Assembly: GCA_016710015.1 (NCBI GenBank) | Contig: JADJLR010000002.1 | Location: 416,365-480,364, forward strand | Length of the DNA stretch: 64,000 nt | Reading direction: 5' to 3' | Source: Flavobacteriales bacterium | GTDB taxonomy: Bacteria; Bacteroidota; Bacteroidia; Flavobacteriales_F; PHOS-HE28 | Shown here: positions 58,241 through 64,000 of the stretch, piece by piece | How the letters are laid out: the number at the start of each line of letters is the position of its first letter | Position numbering within the stretch: position 1 is the first letter of the stretch | Notes under the pieces: generated by a model | Told to the model about the DNA's origin: nothing | The model's input: the letters and a program-made list of their open reading frames with translations, nothing else | The model's database searches: none | Translations under genes and position numbers: made by a program

Positions 58241-60631
58241 ATGAAGCTGATCAAACGCATCCTCCCCTTCTTGATCGGGCTCGCCGTTTTCGGCTGGACC
58301 TGGGAGCACACGAAAGCTCCTCCGGAGCCACGTGAGGATGTGCGGATCACCCTGTCGATCCGGTCGGATGTTACGGATGACATTGAGCTGTTCTTCGATA
58401 CGAGCGGTACCGGATTCCATACCGAAGCCTCCTTGCGGCGAAAGCTGCTCTCGTCCATCGCCCTGCAAGAGTTGAGCTTCAGCCTCCCGCGAATGGACAG
58501 CTTGCATGGGCTACGGATCGACCCTGGGGACCACCCGATCCTGTTGGAGTTGCAATCGTTACGGATCGATGGACCCTATCGGAGCACGACATGGGATGCG
58601 CAGGACATCATCGAACGATTCGTGGTGACGAACCAGATGGATACACTGGCCTTCGACCCGATCACGAAGTCGGCGCTATTGCCATGCAAAGGGAACGACC
58701 CTTTCATGACCACGGGAGCATCACTGCCGATGGGTACGCGAGAGGTACTCTCCCCGGCGCGTCCGGTCATGCTGGCCTTCGTGAAGGCCGCCCTAGCGGG
58801 GATCCTGGCCGCACTCCTTACCGCGCTGCTTCTGTCCATGCGGTGGCGAGTACCCGACCTTCGGAAGATCATCGCAGGGCGTTCCTTGCCGGTTTCGCTG
58901 TTCGTGCTCCTATGCGCTGGTTCGATCTTTTTCGCGGTGTGCTCCTTCGTCAGCGGGATCCGGATCATTGACAAGGACAAGGAGATCCACGTGTTCGGCA
59001 CCTGGCACAAGGCTGATGAGGTGCAGGTGTATTATGCCGAACGACCGGACACCTTCGATAAGTACCACTACGCTGGGCGATCCGTGGTCCCCAATCGCTC
59101 CCCACAATTGGTCCGATTCACTTTCGCATCGAGCACCAACCTCCGGCACTTGCGCTTCGACCCGGGGATGTCGCAGGATTCCATTTGGCTTGACAGCTTG
59201 CGATTGACCAGCGGAAACGCCTCGATCACTTGGCTACCCGAGGCCATGAAGGATCGTTTCGCCACGAATGAATACGTTGCCGATGTGCAGATCGTTGACG
59301 ACCGCTTGCTCATCATCACCAAAGGCAACGACCCGTTCTTCCGGATCACAGAGGACGTGGGGCCCTTGTTCATCGAGCTGAACGGGAAGAGCGGGAACGG
59401 ACCTGCCCCTTTCATCATCGCCGGCATAGCCGCGCTATTCTTCCTCTTCGGTTCGGGCCAGGCCTTGGCGCGTTGGTTGCGTAGCCCAGATGCACACCAT
59501 TCCGACATGATCATTGCCTGGGTCTTCGCCGTCGTGGTGGCTGCACCGCTGATCACGATGTTCACGGACACGGAGCCCGTGCTGGAGAACACTGAGAAAC
59601 GCACCCTTGCCGAACGGCCCGAGTTCGAATTGCACCGTGCCTTGGATTTCCCGATCGAGTACACCACCTACTTCGCCGAGAATTTCGGGCTTCGCAAGGT
59701 GCTCTTCCGTTGGAATTCGTTGTTCAAGGCGCTTGTACTGCGCACCTCACCACTACCGGAGCGCACGCTCTTCGGCAAGGATGGTTGGATGTTCTATGTG
59801 CAACCCGGTGCCATGGAGAAGTACCAAGACATCTGCGACATCAACGATCAGGATCTGGAACGCGTGGCCACACGACTCGAATTGCGCCGCCAATGGCTAG
59901 CGGGACAGGGCATCCACTATGTCCTCTTCGTTCCTCCGGAGAAATCGGCCGTTTACAATGACAAGCTCCCGGACCGCATTCACCGCTTCGGGACCCCGAG
60001 CTGTTTGGACAAGTTGCTCGTTTTGCTGAAGGAACGGACCCAGCTACAGGTGGTTGATATACGTGATACACTTCGCAGCGCGCGGGCGAAGCACGATGTG
60101 TACTACACCACCGATACGCACTGGAACCCGATCGGGGCATGGTACGGCTACAAGGAATTGATCGGTGCTTTGAATGCCGTCGACACCGCGATCACACCTC
60201 CAAAGCCGTTCACAGCATTCACCTTCCAACCGAAGGAGAACGACGAAGGTGATCTGGCCGTCATGATCGGCCTCAACGACATCTTCACACGCGTATCGCC
60301 GATGATGGCCCCGAAGGACTCGCTCTTAGCACGTGATGTAGCAGTGGGTTCGTTCGCGAAGAGCGGTTTCTTCAAATACACACCGATCGCCAAAGAGATC
60401 CCAGGAAGCACCAAACCCCGGCTGCTCATGTTCCGGGATTCGTTCGCCGTGTATATGATCCCGTACCTGAGCGAGCATTTCAGTCACAGCACCTATGTGT
60501 GGACCCCGATCTTCCTTCCAGACGTGGTGATCGAAGAGCGACCGGATGTCGTGGTACATGAAGTGATGGAATTGTACTTGTCCGATCTCTTGGAAGACGA
60601 CCTCGACCTTCCCCCTACGCAGCTGCCTTAA
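58241..60631 (+). CDS. AlgJ/AlgX-like (DHHW/SGNH-type) acyl-transfer partner protein with long N-terminal extension
   Basis: It starts 4 nt after the MBOAT stop. C-terminal DVYYTTDTHWNPIGAWYGY (D-x-H-W catalytic motif of AlgJ/AlgX-type proteins). The N-terminal 400 aa contain an internal duplication (LRIDPGDHPILLELQSLRIDG / LRFDPGMSQDSIWLDSLRLTSG) and TM segments. Confidence 0.65.
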   Translation: MKLIKRILPFLIGLAVFGWTWEHTKAPPEPREDVRITLSIRSDVTDDIELFFDTSGTGFHTEASLRRKLLSSIALQELSFSLPRMDSLHGLRIDPGDHPILLELQSLRIDGPYRSTTWDAQDIIERFVVTNQMDTLAFDPITKSALLPCKGNDPFMTTGASLPMGTREVLSPARPVMLAFVKAALAGILAALLTALLLSMRWRVPDLRKIIAGRSLPVSLFVLLCAGSIFFAVCSFVSGIRIIDKDKEIHVFGTWHKADEVQVYYAERPDTFDKYHYAGRSVVPNRSPQLVRFTFASSTNLRHLRFDPGMSQDSIWLDSLRLTSGNASITWLPEAMKDRFATNEYVADVQIVDDRLLIITKGNDPFFRITEDVGPLFIELNGKSGNGPAPFIIAGIAALFFLFGSGQALARWLRSPDAHHSDMIIAWVFAVVVAAPLITMFTDTEPVLENTEKRTLAERPEFELHRALDFPIEYTTYFAENFGLRKVLFRWNSLFKALVLRTSPLPERTLFGKDGWMFYVQPGAMEKYQDICDINDQDLERVATRLELRRQWLAGQGIHYVLFVPPEKSAVYNDKLPDRIHRFGTPSCLDKLLVLLKERTQLQVVDIRDTLRSARAKHDVYYTTDTHWNPIGAWYGYKELIGALNAVDTAITPPKPFTAFTFQPKENDEGDLAVMIGLNDIFTRVSPMMAPKDSLLARDVAVGSFAKSGFFKYTPIAKEIPGSTKPRLLMFRDSFAVYMIPYLSEHFSHSTYVWTPIFLPDVVIEERPDVVVHEVMELYLSDLLEDDLDLPPTQLP

Positions 60632-63600
60632 AGGGCGATCTGGAAATCATGTACACCCCGGGAGAGATTCGGGTTGTAGCACGGATCATCCTTCACATAG
60701 CCGCTCCAGCGTTCCTTGAAGAGGCCCACTTCGCGCAGGTGCCTTTCGTAGCTCTCCTTGGTCATGTGTGGATGCCCGCGTGTGAGCGATTCGTAGTGGT
60801 ACAAGGAAACATCCGGCACGTACACATTGCTGTAGCCCGCCTCGCGTAAGCGCAGACAGAGGTCAACGTCGTTGTACTCCACGGTGAATTCCGCTTCCCA
60901 TCCGCCGATGCGCTCGAGCTTGGTGCGCTCTACCATCATGCATGCGGCCGTAACGGCGCTGTTGTTATTCACCGTGTTGATGTAGTTGAAATAGCCCGGA
61001 CCGTCCTTGTGGTAGCCTACGAAGGTGTGACCGGCCACACCACCGAGTCCAATGATGACGCCCGCATGCTGGATCGTGTCGTTGTGGTAGAGCAGCTTCA
61101 CCCCCACCGCTCCGATCGACGGCCGTTGCGACCACTCGTGCATGATCCGCATCCAATTCGCATGGATCACCTCGGTATCGTTGTTCAGGAAGAGGATCTG
61201 GTCACCGCTGGACTTCGAGATCCCGAAGTTCATCAAGGCCGAGAAGTTGAACGGCACGTTGTGTTCGTACCACTTGAATCTCTCCGGCTGCAAGCGTTGC
61301 ATCTCCTTCATGAAGGCAAAGAATGCCGGCTCCTTGCTGTTGTTGCTCACCACGATCACTTCGAAATCCGGATGATCGGTCAAGTTGAACAAGGAATGCA
61401 CGCAGGTGGCGAGCACCTCAGTCATGTCCTTCGTGGGAATGATCACGCTCACCTTGCCGCGCAATGGGGCCGTGAACCGGATCCCGTAGCCCCGGTAGCC
61501 GGGTAAGAAGGAGACCTCTGCTGGTTCATCCCTACGTTGCAAAGCTTCCGTAAGCGCATTGCGCGCAGCTTGATAGGCGTAGGGCTTCACCTCTTCACTT
61601 CGTGCCGCGCTCGCAGCATGGATGCGCCAGTGGTACAGCACGCGCGGCACATGTTCGATACGCTTGGCTTTTTCAGTGGCCCGAAGTATCAGATCGTAGT
61701 CCTGACTGCCTTCGAATCCTTCGCGGAAGCCTCCGACCGCATTCACCAAGGATGTACGCATGACGACCAAGTGCCCGAAGTAGTTCCGAGACAATAGATG
61801 GTCCTGACACCACTGTGGCTTGAAGTGCGCATCGCTGTGCCGCCCCTCCTCATCCACTTTGTCCTCGTCGGTGTATATGATGTCCGAATCAGGCTTCATA
61901 TTGATGCGCTTGATCACGTGATACAGCGCATCCGGTGCGAGCAGATCGTCGTGGTCCATGAAGGCGATGAACTCCCCGTTCACCAGTTCCAACGCACTGT
62001 TGCTCGCTTTGCTGATGTGACCGTTCTCCGTGCGGAACACCACATGGATCCTCGGATCCTCCTTCATCCAGCGCTCAATACACTTGCGCACCTCGGCGTT
62101 CGGCGATCGATCGTCTGCGATGCAGAGTTCCCAATCCGCGTACACTTGATCCACAACGGAACGGATGGCAGCGTCGAGCAGCGCGATCGGCGGATCGTAC
62201 ACTGGCATGACCACGCTGATCAAGGGGCGTTCCCGGAACAAGTCGATCTGCTCTCTCTGATCATCGAGGTCACTGGCCCGTGCGAAGTGTTTGACCATCC
62301 ATTGCTCATACGGGTCTCCTGAAGGCACCATGGCATTGCGCATCTGCTCGTTGCCCAGAAGGATCCGCACCGGCTGATCCTCGGTCATGAGGTACATGGC
62401 CCGGAAGAACTTCGCCAAGAACTTGCGCACGATCCGCCGGCCTTTCTCCGAAACGAGGAATGTGATCCTCTTGATCCATCGGAAGCCGGACTTCGAAGTA
62501 CCACTGGAGGTGCGCAACAAGGCCCGCATCTTGTTGTAGCCCTTGCGCAATCGCCAGAGCTTACTGCTTTCAATGGCCTTGATACGCTCCTCGTACTGGC
62601 CGATGAGCCCTTGCAAGGCCTTGGTATGTTCGCGGTGCGCCGTGAGCGCTTGCATCAGTTTATCGGTCTCCCCCACCAAGCGATGCGCTTCGACCACCAA
62701 GATCTCCTTCTCCTTCGCAGCCTGTTCAGCTTCATTCCGTACTGCTTGTATGGTACGAGATAGCTCTTCTACCTTCTCCAAGCGCGCTCGAGATCCGGTC
62801 TCTGCACTGGCGATACGTCGTTCAAGCTCCGCCTCTTTTGCACGCCACTTAGCATACAGATCGCGTTGTGCAACGACTAGCTCTTCTACGCGTTCAATAG
62901 CCTCCTTTGCGCGTTGTTGAGCTTCGACGAGAACAAGTCCCGATCGTTGCTCCGCCGCTTTCGCATTTCGCAGCTCCGACCCCAACCCTTTCAGCAGTTC
63001 TTCGGATCGTCTCCATTGCGTACGATCGTTCGCTTGGATACGGTGCAATTCAGACACCACGGTATCCACATGATCGGCGTAGACCGCACGATGCCTGCTC
63101 ACGATGAGGTTGAGGATCCGTTGCCGCGTATCCGGCTCTGATGCCCGACCGATCAAGGATCCCTCTCGAACTCGGTAGTGGAACAAAGCACCGGGGATGT
63201 GATGGAACCCGTGCCCAGCGATCATCAAGCGTAGCCAAAGCTCCCAGTCTTCATAGCCATCACGCATTTCCTCGTCGAATCCCCCTACCGCATCGAAAGC
63301 GGAACGGCGCACGATCGCACAAGCGTCAACACGATTCCCGACGAGTTCTTCCGCGAGAGTGGGGACCCGCTGTTCCACGACCCCTGATCGGTCACCGAAC
63401 TCCAACTTGTCACTGAAGACGACCGCCACTTGGGGATCCGCCTCCATAACGGGGAATGCGCGCTCCGGATATTCCTGATCGATCCGGTTATCGGCATCCA
63501 AGAATAACAAGTACGGGGCAGTGCTGACTTGGACCCCAGCGTTGCGTGCAGCGGATAGGCCTCGGTTCGGCGTATCGATGACCCGGAATCCTTGTGCCCG

Positions 63601-63783
63601 CAAAGAATCGAGTACCTCTAGCGTATGCGTCTCGGTCGAACCGTCATTGACGATCACCACACCGGCTCCGCTGGATCGCGCCGGACCCAAACTCTCCAAG
63701 GCTTCGGTGAGGAATCCCCCATCGTTGAAGCATGGTATGATGACATCCACCGCATCTACCATCGATCTTCCTTTCGAAGTCAT
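60628..63783 (-). CDS. multidomain glycosyltransferase: three GT2 (GT-A) domains separated by a ~200-aa coiled-coil
   Basis: GT2-1: VDVIIPCFNDGGFLTEALESL...LFLDADN. Coiled-coil: LRNAKAAEQRS...EELVVAQRDLYAKWRAKEAELERR.... GT2-2: ISVVMPVYDPPIALLDAAIRSV...FMDHDDLLAPDAL. GT2-3: VSVIIPTKDMTEVLATCVHSL...FLNNDTEV. ATGA overlap with the downstream ABC gene. Confidence 0.85.
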   Translation of the reverse strand: MTSKGRSMVDAVDVIIPCFNDGGFLTEALESLGPARSSGAGVVIVNDGSTETHTLEVLDSLRAQGFRVIDTPNRGLSAARNAGVQVSTAPYLLFLDADNRIDQEYPERAFPVMEADPQVAVVFSDKLEFGDRSGVVEQRVPTLAEELVGNRVDACAIVRRSAFDAVGGFDEEMRDGYEDWELWLRLMIAGHGFHHIPGALFHYRVREGSLIGRASEPDTRQRILNLIVSRHRAVYADHVDTVVSELHRIQANDRTQWRRSEELLKGLGSELRNAKAAEQRSGLVLVEAQQRAKEAIERVEELVVAQRDLYAKWRAKEAELERRIASAETGSRARLEKVEELSRTIQAVRNEAEQAAKEKEILVVEAHRLVGETDKLMQALTAHREHTKALQGLIGQYEERIKAIESSKLWRLRKGYNKMRALLRTSSGTSKSGFRWIKRITFLVSEKGRRIVRKFLAKFFRAMYLMTEDQPVRILLGNEQMRNAMVPSGDPYEQWMVKHFARASDLDDQREQIDLFRERPLISVVMPVYDPPIALLDAAIRSVVDQVYADWELCIADDRSPNAEVRKCIERWMKEDPRIHVVFRTENGHISKASNSALELVNGEFIAFMDHDDLLAPDALYHVIKRINMKPDSDIIYTDEDKVDEEGRHSDAHFKPQWCQDHLLSRNYFGHLVVMRTSLVNAVGGFREGFEGSQDYDLILRATEKAKRIEHVPRVLYHWRIHAASAARSEEVKPYAYQAARNALTEALQRRDEPAEVSFLPGYRGYGIRFTAPLRGKVSVIIPTKDMTEVLATCVHSLFNLTDHPDFEVIVVSNNSKEPAFFAFMKEMQRLQPERFKWYEHNVPFNFSALMNFGISKSSGDQILFLNNDTEVIHANWMRIMHEWSQRPSIGAVGVKLLYHNDTIQHAGVIIGLGGVAGHTFVGYHKDGPGYFNYINTVNNNSAVTAACMMVERTKLERIGGWEAEFTVEYNDVDLCLRLREAGYSNVYVPDVSLYHYESLTRGHPHMTKESYERHLREVGLFKERWSGYVKDDPCYNPNLSRGVHDFQIAL

Positions 63784-64000
63784 GTGGGAATACCCAAGAG
63801 TTCGTGGTAGTACATCCCGACTTCATGTGTGGTACCGACCTTCACGATGGTTCCCGCTTCCACGCATGCTGCGCGATCACAGATCCGTTGCACCTCGCCC
63901 AACATGTGCGAAACAAAGACGATCGTACACCCCTTTGCCTTCAGTGCCTCGATCCGCCGATAACACTGCTGCTGAAACGCCACATCGCCCACGGCCAACA
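63780..64000 (-). CDS. ABC transporter ATP-binding protein (Wzt/TagH-like polysaccharide exporter ATPase), C-terminal part; 5' end outside window
   Basis: Reads ...KGCTIVFVSHMLGEVQRICDRAACVEAGTIVKVGTTHEVGMYYHELLG (D-loop/H-loop region of an ABC NBD); the stop TGA overlaps the GT start. Confidence 0.7.
   Translation of the reverse strand, partial: LAVGDVAFQQQCYRRIEALKAKGCTIVFVSHMLGEVQRICDRAACVEAGTIVKVGTTHEVGMYYHELLGIPT

Overview
The window is a high-GC (about 60%) chromosomal segment with strong GC3 codon bias, from a gliding, T9SS-bearing member of the Bacteroidota. The assignment rests on type A and type B T9SS C-terminal sorting domains, PorP/SprF genes, DUF1573, delta-60 and SBBP repeats, and an alpha-2-macroglobulin/PbpC pair. 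No rRNA, tRNA, CRISPR array or obvious mobile element was found; everything here is protein-coding plus a few structured intergenic elements.

Gene order:
- **Housekeeping start (1..5857):** 3' end of rfbC, a WecA/MraY-family GT4 transferase, an SLT-domain lytic transglycosylase, uvrA, and a LOG-family protein.
- **SPOR-domain envelope genes (6095..9685):** a pair of co-oriented genes carrying SPOR-type peptidoglycan-binding domains.
- **Periplasmic module (9784..19885):** a lipoprotein alpha-2-macroglobulin with intact CLEQ thioester, penicillin-binding protein 1C, a MORN/YwqK-like small secreted protein, and the S41 C-terminal processing protease.
- **Convergent pair (20010..23061):** a DUF1573 protein meets a pterin-4a-carbinolamine dehydratase gene that carries an in-frame amber stop, ATGA-overlapped with an S46 dipeptidyl-peptidase.
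- **T9SS cargo island (23317..49343):** a secreted beta-propeller/MopE-repeat protein with a dockerin-like tail, a delta-60-repeat type A T9SS cargo, and an ECF sigma factor with a small putative anti-sigma. Then comes a giant (about 10.7 kb) SprB-like adhesin followed by PorP/SprF and a PD40/PKD/OmpA protein. The adhesin carries a frame-disrupted HYR array and 36 tandem 90-bp Cys-rich repeats. A second type B cargo (SBBP/PKD) with its own PorP/SprF and TPR/PD40/OmpA/DUF1573 protein follows.
- **Transport and polyamine genes (49346..56182):** pepE, mscS, corA, speA, a deoxyhypusine-synthase-like gene translationally coupled to a poly-acidic-tailed protein, a VOC protein and a small membrane protein.
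- **Surface-glycan locus (56242..64000):** a second YwqK-like gene, MBOAT(AlgI-like) plus an AlgJ/X-like DTHW protein, and convergent to these a triple-GT2 coiled-coil glycosyltransferase with a partial Wzt/TagH-like ABC ATPase.

The most notable items are the Cys-rich repeat array and the HYR-array frame disruptions in the giant adhesin, the duplicated cargo–PorP–OmpA modules, the SPOR-for-OmpA_C domain swap, the PCD amber stop, and the DHS-like/acidic-protein coupling.
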